From assembly GCF_000018305.1 (NCBI RefSeq), contig NC_009954.1, forward strand, positions 660,001-692,000: DNA of 32,000 bases. Reading direction: 5' to 3'. The stretch is from Caldivirga maquilingensis IC-167 (GTDB lineage: Archaea > Thermoproteota > Thermoprotei > Thermoproteales > Thermocladiaceae). Within the stretch, counting starts at the first letter, position 1. Each line of letters opens with the position of its first letter. The translations under genes were made by a program, and so were the position numbers. Below, piece after piece: positions 8,066 to 16,613 of this stretch. The notes beneath the pieces were generated by a model that was not told where the DNA came from, made no database searches, and saw only the letters and a program-made list of their open reading frames with translations.

Positions 8066-10453
8066 ATGTCTGAATGGGTTAAAAGCCTGGAGGACTTCAT
8101 TAGGAGTGGTGTTAAGGCTAACCATAGGAGGATGGTGGTTCTAGTTGGGTCAAGTGATGATGCAGTGGCTGAATCAGCAGTGGAGGTTGTTAAACTATTC
8201 CTGGACATAACGGGAATGGGTAATGGAATTTACCTGTATCAACCTGAGTACGGTGATGCCAGAAATAGGTTAAGGGTTTTCACGGATAGTATGGGTAACA
8301 TTAGGTTTAAGCCAATACCCTTCAAGGACACTAAACTACTCCTAGGCCAAACACTGGACTACGCTGTTGTTGATCTCTTCAATGACCTTAAGCCAAACGA
8401 CATAGGTAGAGTTGGTAGTGTTGTGAGGGGTGGGGGTATTTACGTGCTCTTAATGCCCCCAGTGGATAAGTGGCTTAATTCAATAACTAAGTTTCAGCTT
8501 AAACTAATAACACCCCCTCATAAGCCGGAGGAGATTAGACAGTACCTTAAGTCTAGGTTCTGGAGAAGCCTAATTAATGGTGAAGGCGTTTCAATTTACG
8601 ATACGGATGAATCCAGGTTCATTAAACCCCCTCAACCAATTAATGTACAGGAAGTAAGCCAGACCCAGTTAAGCATACCCAGTGTTAAGGGTAAGGCCAT
8701 TGAAGTGTATAAGTTGGCTAAAACCCAGGATCAAGTTAACGTAATATCAATGCTTGAGGGTATGGTGAATGAGAAAGGTAAGGTTAATGCAGTCATAATA
8801 GCGGATAGGGGTAGGGGTAAGTCTGCGGCCGTGGGGCTTGCTGTATCATTAATTGGACATAGGCTAAGGAGGAGGCGTGGGGTTGCTAGGATAGTGGTCA
8901 CGGCTGAAAGCCCTGACAACGCCGAGACGTTAATGGAGTTCGCCAAGAGGGGGTTTGAGGAATTAGGTTACGATGTTGAGGTTTCCAGGACTGGGAGTAA
9001 TATTGTGGGTTTATCGACAAGGGGTATTTACGTGGATTACTATAAGCCTTACCCACTCATGTCGCTGCAGAGACCAATTGACCTAGTGGTGGTTGATGAA
9101 GCAGCAATGATGCCGTTACCCATACTCTACGGCATACATAATAGGTTCACTAGGGTAATTTACTCAACCACAATACACGGCTACGAGGGTGCTGGCAGAG
9201 GCTTCAGTGTTAGGTTCCTTAAGTACCTAAGGGGTAGAAGGGGTATTAGGGTTCTTGAGTATGAGATGACTGAGCCAATAAGGTACGCTAGGGATGACCC
9301 CATTGAGAGATGGCTGTTTAAGACATTCCTACTTGACGCTGAGCCGGCGCACATTGATGAAGATGACTTGAAGCTGGTTAATGAAGGTAAAGTTAAGTAT
9401 ATTGCCCCAAGTATTGAGGAATTCTTCTTTAAGGACGAGGAGGCGTTAAGGCAATTCTTCGGAATATACGTGCAGGCCCATTATAGGAATGAGCCCGACG
9501 ACCTAGGTATGATGATGGATGCCCCCCACCACATTGTCAGGGCGTTAACGCTGGAGAACGGTAAGATTGTGGTTTCAATGGAGTTAGCCGAGGAGGGTGG
9601 CTTAGATGATGAGACTATTAATAATATGGTCCTAGGCTTTAAACCACCAGGCAACATAATACCTGATAGAATGGTTAAGTACTGGAAAATACCTGAATTC
9701 GCTAAGCTAAGGGGGTGGAGGATAGTTAGGATAGCCACCCACCCTGAGCTTCAGGACAAGGGGCTTGGCTCCACTGCATTAAGTATGCTTGAGAATGAGG
9801 CTAAGGTAAGGGGACTGGATTGGGTTGGCGTTGGCTTTGGGGTTAATGCCCAATTACTCAGGTTCTGGGTTAAGAACGGCTACTTACCAATACACATAAG
9901 CCCTGAGAGGAACCCGGTAAGTGGGGAGTATAGTGTACTTATGATTAAGCCAATAAGTGATACCGCTAGGGAAGCTGTTTACTACGCTAATAGGGAGTTT
10001 AGGATTAGGTTACTAAGTAGCCTAAGTGGGCCATATGTTGGGCTTGAACCCGACGTAGCCTTAATGCTACTAACCAGCAGTGAACCAGTGGCCCAGTCCC
10101 TTGAATTAAACCTAACCAGTGGCCAACTTAATAGGCTTATAGCCTACGCCTGGGGCCCCATGACCTATGAGAACACTGTTGATGCATTAATTGAGTTGTT
10201 TAAGGCATACTTCATGAGAATCACAAGAGCAGGCTTCAGGATACCTGAAATCATGGAGAAGGGAATTATAGCTAAGGTTTTTCAGTCAAAAACCTGGAGC
10301 GCAGCGGCTAGGGAACTTGGGGTTAAGCCAACAGTCCTCATGCTTGGCTTAAGGGCAGTATCAAGGGTATTGTTGGTTTACTTCTACGGTAACGGCTTCA
10401 ACATACCCATTTACATGATTCAACCCTCCAAGAGGCAGAAGCAGGCTTACTGA
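8066..10453 (+). CDS. tmcA: tRNA(Met) cytidine acetyltransferase TmcA (Nat10/Kre33-type RNA acetyltransferase)
   Basis: 795 aa. Helicase-type P-loop ADRGRGKSAAVG, Walker B LVVVDEAAMMP, and a C-terminal GNAT motif RIATHPELQDKGLGS. Size and domain order are typical of TmcA. Confidence 0.85.
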   Translation: MSEWVKSLEDFIRSGVKANHRRMVVLVGSSDDAVAESAVEVVKLFLDITGMGNGIYLYQPEYGDARNRLRVFTDSMGNIRFKPIPFKDTKLLLGQTLDYAVVDLFNDLKPNDIGRVGSVVRGGGIYVLLMPPVDKWLNSITKFQLKLITPPHKPEEIRQYLKSRFWRSLINGEGVSIYDTDESRFIKPPQPINVQEVSQTQLSIPSVKGKAIEVYKLAKTQDQVNVISMLEGMVNEKGKVNAVIIADRGRGKSAAVGLAVSLIGHRLRRRRGVARIVVTAESPDNAETLMEFAKRGFEELGYDVEVSRTGSNIVGLSTRGIYVDYYKPYPLMSLQRPIDLVVVDEAAMMPLPILYGIHNRFTRVIYSTTIHGYEGAGRGFSVRFLKYLRGRRGIRVLEYEMTEPIRYARDDPIERWLFKTFLLDAEPAHIDEDDLKLVNEGKVKYIAPSIEEFFFKDEEALRQFFGIYVQAHYRNEPDDLGMMMDAPHHIVRALTLENGKIVVSMELAEEGGLDDETINNMVLGFKPPGNIIPDRMVKYWKIPEFAKLRGWRIVRIATHPELQDKGLGSTALSMLENEAKVRGLDWVGVGFGVNAQLLRFWVKNGYLPIHISPERNPVSGEYSVLMIKPISDTAREAVYYANREFRIRLLSSLSGPYVGLEPDVALMLLTSSEPVAQSLELNLTSGQLNRLIAYAWGPMTYENTVDALIELFKAYFMRITRAGFRIPEIMEKGIIAKVFQSKTWSAAARELGVKPTVLMLGLRAVSRVLLVYFYGNGFNIPIYMIQPSKRQKQAY

Positions 10454-10560
10454 GATTCACTTAAGGATTCATTAATACTTAAGCAAACCCGTGATTAATA
10501 TTGAAAAGCAGTTAAGTACATTTAAATTAAAGAGGCTAAGGCACCTAGCGGCGGGTTGAG

Positions 10561-10893
10561 TTAAGTGGAAAGTGTTATGGGTATTATATAAGCCTTAACG
10601 GGTTTATTACCCATAAGTTCAAGCACAGTAACCCACTCAACATCCTTAATATCCGGTGGTATTGATTTAAGGATCCTTAAGTAGGCTTCCTTAGCTTCAC
10701 GTACAATGTTGAGTAATTCCTTGGAATCCAACCCAACGTTAACCATTGATTCAACATCAATGGCATTAATCAACTCACCCTTAGGTGCAGTCTTCTTCAA
10801 AATCGACTCCACCTCAGTAAGTTCCTTAATCATGTTCTCAACAAACCTACTGAACTCCCCAATGCTCCTAAATACAATGTAATCAGTACTCAC
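10561..10893 (-). CDS. hypothetical protein (GTG start)
   Basis: 110-aa ORF. TATA-like TATTTAAAAA (10916-10925) is centred ~27 nt upstream of the GTG at 10893, which supports expression as a leaderless mRNA. Confidence 0.55.
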   Translation of the reverse strand: MSTDYIVFRSIGEFSRFVENMIKELTEVESILKKTAPKGELINAIDVESMVNVGLDSKELLNIVREAKEAYLRILKSIPPDIKDVEWVTVLELMGNKPVKAYIIPITLST

Positions 10894-10915
10894 TGGCGTG
10901 GAAAATATAGTCTAG

Positions 10916-10925
10916 TATTTAAAAA
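10916..10925 (-). promoter_or_regulatory. TATA-like box for the 110-aa gene
   Basis: A/T box ~27 nt upstream of the start codon at 10893. Confidence 0.45.
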
Positions 10926-11178
10926 TCAGTCTTCGCAGTATCCTTAACAAGATTATAACCTCACTGAAAGGGTTGGGTTTTGAGAAGGTGATGTTTTCTC
11001 TGTGAATAGGGTTGGTGTAGTTGCTTAGCCTGCTCCTTAATTGAAGGAGTGGGATGAGGTTATGTGAATCAGTCTAAAAACCAGTCGAGAAGTCGGGTTA
11101 ACAAGGAAAACCCCACCCTTAAGGAGTGAGGCGGCGGCTCACAGGAGTATGCATGAGAAGGTTACTGTTCCTCAACCT

Positions 11179-11232
11179 GTTTCACATGGCTTACCGCGGT
11201 TTCACATGGTGAAACCAAGGTTCTGAAACATG
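11179..11232 (+). promoter_or_regulatory. candidate operator: phased GTTTCACATGG direct repeats plus inverted TGAAAC half-sites
   Basis: GTTTCACATGG occurs at 11179-11189 and 11199-11209, exactly 20 bp apart. The second copy forms the palindrome GGTTTCAC-ATG-GTGAAACC. A further TGAAACATG lies at 11224-11232, directly abutting the TATA box at 11237-11243. Confidence 0.4.
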
Positions 11233-11236
11233 TCCC

Positions 11237-11243
11237 TTTAAAA
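11237..11243 (+). promoter_or_regulatory. TATA box (TTTAAAA) for the secreted glycoprotein gene
   Basis: Centre lies 26 nt upstream of the ATG at 11266. Confidence 0.55.
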
Positions 11244-11265
11244 CACGCCACTGCTTACTTAGCTT

Positions 11266-12123
11266 ATGAAGCCAATAAGCCTAATACTACTGGCTCTAGC
11301 CGTGGGAGTGGCAACAGCCTTAGTTGCATCACCGGTGCACTTGACGGTTAACCCAGCTACTGCAACAAACTCCACGGTAACTAACTCAAGTACTACTGAA
11401 ACACCCTTATTAACCGCAACAAACGCTACAAACACCACAACCAGTATACCTGTACTAGGTAACTCATCAATGGCCCAGAACGCTACCTGTACCGCGGCTA
11501 TGGTTCACATTGAGCTTAGCCTATTCTTCTACCAGAAGGTTAAGGCTCTGGCTAACGCCACCGGTGAATTAAAACTGGTTAACTATACTTTGAATGAGGC
11601 ATATAATTTAACTAAGGAGGCTAATGAAACCTTGAGTAAGGGATTATGCTTCACGGCATTGAAGGAGGCCATAGAGGCCATTCACCTGGAGCAGAGGGCT
11701 TGGAGTGAATCCATTAGGACTTTCAGCATGGAGAGGCACATTAATTTAACTGAATTTGTTAAGGCTGAGGCTGAGTTAAGGATGCTTAATAGGACACTTA
11801 CCGTGGCGTATAGGATAGCCAACGAGACCGGTAACTCCACCTTATTGAATGAGATAAAGAGTCTAATTAATCAAACTAAGTTAGCTAATAAACTACTTAG
11901 GGAGGGTAATTACACCGGTGCATTGAAAACACTTAGCGGTATTAAGCAGAGTATTGCGCAATTAACCAGGCAGGTTCATGAGGAGGCTAAGAAGTGGGTT
12001 GAGGAGTATAAGGCTCTTCACGGTCACGGTAAGGGTAATGGGCATGGTAAGCCAAGTGGAGGCGAAGGTAAGGGTAATGGTAGCGGCAACAGTAACCATG
12101 GCCATGGTAAAGGCCACTCCTAA
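11266..12123 (+). CDS. secreted/surface protein with very dense N-glycosylation sequons and a His/Gly/Lys-rich C-terminal tail
   Basis: N-terminal signal-like segment MKPISLILLALAVGVATALVA. By my count there are ~17 N-x-S/T sequons in 285 aa. The central part looks helical. The tail is HGHGKGNGHGKPSGGEGKGNGSGNSNHGHGKGHS. Confidence 0.7.
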   Translation: MKPISLILLALAVGVATALVASPVHLTVNPATATNSTVTNSSTTETPLLTATNATNTTTSIPVLGNSSMAQNATCTAAMVHIELSLFFYQKVKALANATGELKLVNYTLNEAYNLTKEANETLSKGLCFTALKEAIEAIHLEQRAWSESIRTFSMERHINLTEFVKAEAELRMLNRTLTVAYRIANETGNSTLLNEIKSLINQTKLANKLLREGNYTGALKTLSGIKQSIAQLTRQVHEEAKKWVEEYKALHGHGKGNGHGKPSGGEGKGNGSGNSNHGHGKGHS

Positions 12124-12165
12124 GTTAAACTTCAATATAATTTAATTTCTTAAAACCTTAATTCT

Positions 12166-13194
12166 TCAATACTCCCTATAAACTATGAATTTAGCCAGTT
12201 CCTCCAGCTTCATTGTATGTTCATTCCTAGGCACCTTACTTAGTTCACTAATGGCCTTACTCATGTATTCATTAGCCATCCTAATAGCCTCCTCCCTAGC
12301 CTTAGTTGCTGAAATAACCTCCACAGCCTCCTTAACATCGTCTTGAGTCGGCCTCTGCTTGGAAAGCACATTAAGTAGCTTATTAGCCTCCTTACTCTCA
12401 AGGAGTGAAAGCAGTATAACTAGGTTACCGACCTTATGTTCCTTAAGGTCCTTACCAATCTCCTTACCGAACTTCCTTAAGTCACCGAATATGTCTAGTA
12501 CATCGTCTATTATTTGGAAGGCCACACCCACGTTATACCCGAAATTACTCAGCGCCTCCAATTGCTCGTTACCGCATTTCGCCGAGTAGCCGCCGAGCCA
12601 CATTGATGTTTTAAATAATGCAGCAGTCTTAAGTGAAATCATTCTTATGTAAAGGTCCCTTAAGGCTGGGGTTATTTCCCTAACAAGTCTATTCTCAATA
12701 AAGTAAGGATCCCTTCTACCCGAGTACTCCATCAGTATGTCAAGTCTCTCACCCTCATCAATGGCCTTTATAGTCTCAGCAACAACCCTAGCTACCTCAC
12801 TGGGATTCCTTGTATCCAGTACCGCCTCCTCAATAGCCTCCCTATACCATATCCCCACCAGTATTGCCGCGTAGTCACCGTACTTCCTCCTCACTGTTGG
12901 CATATTCCTCCTTAAGTCCGCCTCATCAATTATGTCATCGTATATGAGGGAGTAATTATGTATTAACTCAACTATGGCGGCGTAGGGTAAGGCTGATTCA
13001 AGGGAACCACCACAGGCTAAGGCTGATTCAATAACCATTAGTGGCCTAATCCTCTTACCACCCGTAGCCACTTGGTAAAGTACAGTCTCCCTGAATGATG
13101 GATCAACACCTATGGTTAAGTACCTCTCAATAGCCTTATTAACCAATTCCCCATACTTCTCATGTAGTTCACTTAAAACATCAACCATAGTCAC
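12166..13194 (-). CDS. trans-isoprenyl diphosphate synthase, most likely geranylgeranyl diphosphate synthase
   Basis: First Asp-rich motif in LIHNYSLIYDDIIDEADLRR and second in FQIIDDVLD. A Tyr five residues before the first motif is the pattern of short-chain (C20) archaeal type I enzymes. Confidence 0.85.
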   Translation of the reverse strand: MTMVDVLSELHEKYGELVNKAIERYLTIGVDPSFRETVLYQVATGGKRIRPLMVIESALACGGSLESALPYAAIVELIHNYSLIYDDIIDEADLRRNMPTVRRKYGDYAAILVGIWYREAIEEAVLDTRNPSEVARVVAETIKAIDEGERLDILMEYSGRRDPYFIENRLVREITPALRDLYIRMISLKTAALFKTSMWLGGYSAKCGNEQLEALSNFGYNVGVAFQIIDDVLDIFGDLRKFGKEIGKDLKEHKVGNLVILLSLLESKEANKLLNVLSKQRPTQDDVKEAVEVISATKAREEAIRMANEYMSKAISELSKVPRNEHTMKLEELAKFIVYREY

Positions 13195-13218
13195 GGAATT
13201 AGTTAACGTTTAAAAGTA

Positions 13219-13680
13219 TTAGCCGCCTCGAAGCAGGGTTGCTATAAGCTCATTATCAATATCCCTAGGCGACTTAGCTAAAACAACTCCACTAACCCTC
13301 CTAGCCTCCTTCAATAGTTCTAAGCCATCTAAATCAGCGTTAACGGTGTTTAGTAGTATGGCTACGTTAAATGATGATGACCTAATGGGAAGCATAGCCC
13401 CATCGGAGCACACTGCATCAACATTAGGTAAGCCAGCTGGGTACCTTAGTAAACTACATGCAATATCAATGCAGGTATACTGCTCCACAATACCTGACAG
13501 TAAGCCGGCACCAACACCTAAGCCGCAACCAATGTCAATAATCCTCATGCCCCTTAACCTAACCCCCTCAATTAACGTTAAGTAACCCATAATACTCTCC
13601 TCCAGGTAAAGTTCAAGGTAACCTAACCCCATCCTCTCATATAGTTCCCTAACCTTAGCCTTATTATCAAGGGAACTCAT
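13219..13680 (-). CDS. small class I SAM-dependent methyltransferase
   Basis: 153 aa with SAM-binding motif I, RIIDIGCGLGVGAG. It lies 24 nt upstream of the prenyl synthase gene on the same strand, so they are probably an operon. Confidence 0.7.
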   Translation of the reverse strand: MSSLDNKAKVRELYERMGLGYLELYLEESIMGYLTLIEGVRLRGMRIIDIGCGLGVGAGLLSGIVEQYTCIDIACSLLRYPAGLPNVDAVCSDGAMLPIRSSSFNVAILLNTVNADLDGLELLKEARRVSGVVLAKSPRDIDNELIATLLRGG

Positions 13681-13736
13681 ATACTCACTAGTGTTTTGCA
13701 GGCTTGCTTTCTTATTTTTACAGAAGGGTATTTATT

Positions 13737-13760
13737 TAGGTAGGATAATTATCCTACCTA
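13737..13760. promoter_or_regulatory. perfect 24-bp palindrome TAGGTAGGATAATTATCCTACCTA in a divergent promoter region
   Basis: I read it directly and it equals its own reverse complement. It lies 57 bp upstream of the methyltransferase start (13680) and 181 bp upstream of the RNR ATG (13941). Confidence 0.6.
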
Positions 13761-13940
13761 TGTGCAGATCAGTTTCAGCCAACTCTCTATCAGAAGCCAT
13801 ATTAATGGGAGTGGTTAAGAGGTTCATTATGCAGACGGCAGGTAATATACTTAACATTATCGGGTGTTCACTGCAGGATATTTTAACTGCTTACCCTTTA
13901 TTATTGAATAGGAAGGGTTTATTAGGGGTGTTACCGTAAT

Positions 13941-16574
13941 ATGGAACAGAAAGTCACTGGAGAGAGAACCATGATAACGGTAATTAAGAGGAATGGCTTA
14001 AGGGAGGAGTTTAACCCAGTTAAGCTACTTAATAGTTTAAAATTAGCTGGAGCACCCAATCCAGAGCGCATACTTGAGGAGGTTACCAGTCAAATTAAGG
14101 GTAAGGGGGAGGTTACTTCAAGTGAAATATCTGATTCCGTTCAATTAATGATGCTTAACCTAATTAGTGAGGACTTTAAGTGGCATGATGCAGCCAGGAA
14201 CTACCTACTCTTCAGTATTTACAAGCAGGCCTGGGGCAAGGAGGTGGTTAAGAGTATTAACTCAGGTTCATTAACGTTAAGTGAAGCCTACAGGAGAGGC
14301 CTTAGGGATTGGTTCAACCAGGGGCTTAATCAAGGCTTATGGAGCCTTGATGCTGCTAAATTCTATGAGAAGCATTTAGACGAGTTAATGAATAAACTAG
14401 ACCCATCAAGGGACTTACTCCTAACCTATAATGGTGTTAGGACACTGATGAGCAGGTACCTTATGAAGAGGCTTGATGGTTCATTCTTCGAAACCCCACA
14501 GTACATGTGGATGAGGATAGCCATGGGTGTGGCCTACAGTGAGGTTAAGTATGGTAATGATCCCATTAAGTGGGTTGAAAAGTTCTATGACTTAGTGAGT
14601 CAATTGAAGTTCCTACCTAATTCGCCAACAATGTTTAACGCCTTAACTAAGCTGGGTGAATTATCGGCATGCTTCGTTATACCTGTTGATGACTGCCTAA
14701 GTAAGGATAGTAACAGGGATAATCCAAACTGCTTCTTCGGGATAATGGATGCAGCTAAGTTAGCCGCATTACTCTTCCAAGCCGGCGCTGGGGTTGGTTA
14801 CCAGTTCGGTGAATTAAGGCCTGAGGGTGATGTCGTAAAATCAACGAGTGGTGTTGCCTCAGGCCCATTATCATTCATGAGGCTCTTCGACACCCTAGTG
14901 GATGTTATTAAGCAGGGTGGTAAGAGGCGTGGAGCCCAAATGGGTATGCTCTTCTGGTGGCATCCCGATATTGAGAAGTTCATAACCTCGAAGACTGGTA
15001 GATTGAAGGATGTTCAGCTCCAGAACTTTAACATAAGTGTAACCATAGATGACTACTTCATGACTAAGGCACTGAGGGGTGAGGATGTGTATTTACTTAA
15101 TCCAAGGGAATGCACCTGCCTATACCAAACGTGGGGTCAGGAATTCATTAAATGCTATGAGGAATGCGTGAGTAAGGTTAAGGCAGGCCTGGTGAAGGTA
15201 TGGAGGAGGGTTAATGCGGGTGAATTATGGAGTAAGATAGTTGAGTCAGCCTGGGATAGTGGTGACCCAGGGTTATGGAATAGGGATGTGGCGAACATGA
15301 AGATTGAGTACGTTAATGATGTGGTTAGTGAGAAATATAGGGTAATAAATGGGACAAATCCATGCGGTGAAGTGGCGCTATACCCATTTGAGTCCTGTAA
15401 CCTAGGCAGTATTAACTTAACGAAGTACATTAATGGTAATAGTATAGACTGGGTTTCATTAGCCAATGACATTATGCTTGCTGTTAGATTCCTCGATGAT
15501 GTAATCGACTCTAATCAGCACCCGCATGAGTACCTGGATAGGGCTAATAAGGCTAGTAGGAGAATTGGCCTAGGCATTAATGGTTGGGCTGATGTATTAG
15601 TGTCACTTGACATACCTTATGATTCACCTAAGGCTATTGCGTTAGCCGACGTAGTAATGGGGTTTGTAGCAAGGGTTGCGGTTAGGGCTAGCGTTGAGTT
15701 GGCTAAGGAGAAGGGCCCATTCCCACTATGGCCGAGCAGTAAATGGAGGAGTGGTTTCCTACCCTGGAGGGTTCATGATGAGAGGGTTTCAAAGATGCTT
15801 GAGGTTAAGGGTGTTTCAAGCGACGTGGAGGAGTACCTTGAGATCCTTAAGTTAGGTTACGGTGAATTAGGTGGCCTACCCAATAAGGCTGAGGAGTACT
15901 TAGCTAAGCTAAGAGCCACTGACGATGAGTTGATTAAAGATGCATCAACAGTGGGTGTTAGGAACGGTGCCTTAATCAGCATTGCCCCAGAGGGTTCAAG
16001 AAGCCTAATTGCTGGGGTTAATTCAAGCATAGAGCCTATTTTCGCAATAGCCTACGTGAGGAATCTAAGCATTGGAAAGCTAATAGAGTATAATTACACA
16101 GCCCTCAGGAAGCTTAAGGACTCCAATGCCTTGGATAATGAAACAACCTCCAAGGTACTTGAATCCGGTATGCTACCCAGTAACCACGTGATGCATCCAG
16201 TACTCAAGACTGCTAATGAAATACACTGGAGGTGGCACGTCTTCATGCAGGTCACCTTCGCCAAGTGGAGTGACTCGGGTGTAAGTAAGACAATAAACAT
16301 GCCCAGTAATGCGACTAAGGAGGATGTCAATGGGGCATACCGCCTAGCCTGGGCCTTAGGGGCATTCGGCATAACGGTGTATAGGGATAAGAGTAAGGCG
16401 GTTCAAGTAATATACACTGGCGTTGAGGGGAAGGGCAAGGCCCAGAGCACTGAGTCTAAGGCAATTAAGGTTACTGTTAAGGCAATTAATCTCAATAGGG
16501 ATATTGAGGAGAATAAGCTGGCTGAAATAGGTGAAACAGATGATCCAGCGTGTAGAACTGGAGTATGCGGATAA
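13941..16574 (+). CDS. nrdJ: adenosylcobalamin-dependent (class II) ribonucleotide reductase with an N-terminal ATP-cone
   Basis: 877 aa. ATP-cone VIKRNGLREEFNPVKLLNSL, LSACFV, the active-site loop GTNPCGEVAL, and the C-terminal redox pair CRTGVCG. The length shows no intein insertion. Met11 (13971) is an alternative start. Confidence 0.9.
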   Translation: MEQKVTGERTMITVIKRNGLREEFNPVKLLNSLKLAGAPNPERILEEVTSQIKGKGEVTSSEISDSVQLMMLNLISEDFKWHDAARNYLLFSIYKQAWGKEVVKSINSGSLTLSEAYRRGLRDWFNQGLNQGLWSLDAAKFYEKHLDELMNKLDPSRDLLLTYNGVRTLMSRYLMKRLDGSFFETPQYMWMRIAMGVAYSEVKYGNDPIKWVEKFYDLVSQLKFLPNSPTMFNALTKLGELSACFVIPVDDCLSKDSNRDNPNCFFGIMDAAKLAALLFQAGAGVGYQFGELRPEGDVVKSTSGVASGPLSFMRLFDTLVDVIKQGGKRRGAQMGMLFWWHPDIEKFITSKTGRLKDVQLQNFNISVTIDDYFMTKALRGEDVYLLNPRECTCLYQTWGQEFIKCYEECVSKVKAGLVKVWRRVNAGELWSKIVESAWDSGDPGLWNRDVANMKIEYVNDVVSEKYRVINGTNPCGEVALYPFESCNLGSINLTKYINGNSIDWVSLANDIMLAVRFLDDVIDSNQHPHEYLDRANKASRRIGLGINGWADVLVSLDIPYDSPKAIALADVVMGFVARVAVRASVELAKEKGPFPLWPSSKWRSGFLPWRVHDERVSKMLEVKGVSSDVEEYLEILKLGYGELGGLPNKAEEYLAKLRATDDELIKDASTVGVRNGALISIAPEGSRSLIAGVNSSIEPIFAIAYVRNLSIGKLIEYNYTALRKLKDSNALDNETTSKVLESGMLPSNHVMHPVLKTANEIHWRWHVFMQVTFAKWSDSGVSKTINMPSNATKEDVNGAYRLAWALGAFGITVYRDKSKAVQVIYTGVEGKGKAQSTESKAIKVTVKAINLNRDIEENKLAEIGETDDPACRTGVCG

Positions 16575-16613
16575 GGCATTAACTTATTAAGCCAACCCTA
16601 ATTAAGGTAGTTA

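Noticed and set aside
11009-11118. tRNA-like beginning GGGTTGGTGTAGTTGCTTAGCC..., considered as a possible intron-containing or split tRNA.
   Set aside because: I could not build a D-arm, an anticodon arm or a GTTCRAATC-type T-arm on either strand. The acceptor pairing with CCCACCC has a mismatch. I found no T-loop consensus anywhere in the window.
13691-13939. 82-aa GTG-initiated ORF filling the methyltransferase/RNR intergenic region.
   Set aside because: It spans the divergent promoter region, including the A/T-rich promoter-like boxes and the 24-bp palindrome. Its composition is odd, and it ends 1 nt before the RNR ATG. It is more likely non-coding regulatory DNA.
13941-16574. Possible intein in the ribonucleotide reductase, since archaeal RNRs often carry them.
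   Set aside because: The 877-aa length is that of an intein-free class II enzyme. The catalytic blocks are contiguous, and no intein-like insertion is visible between them.
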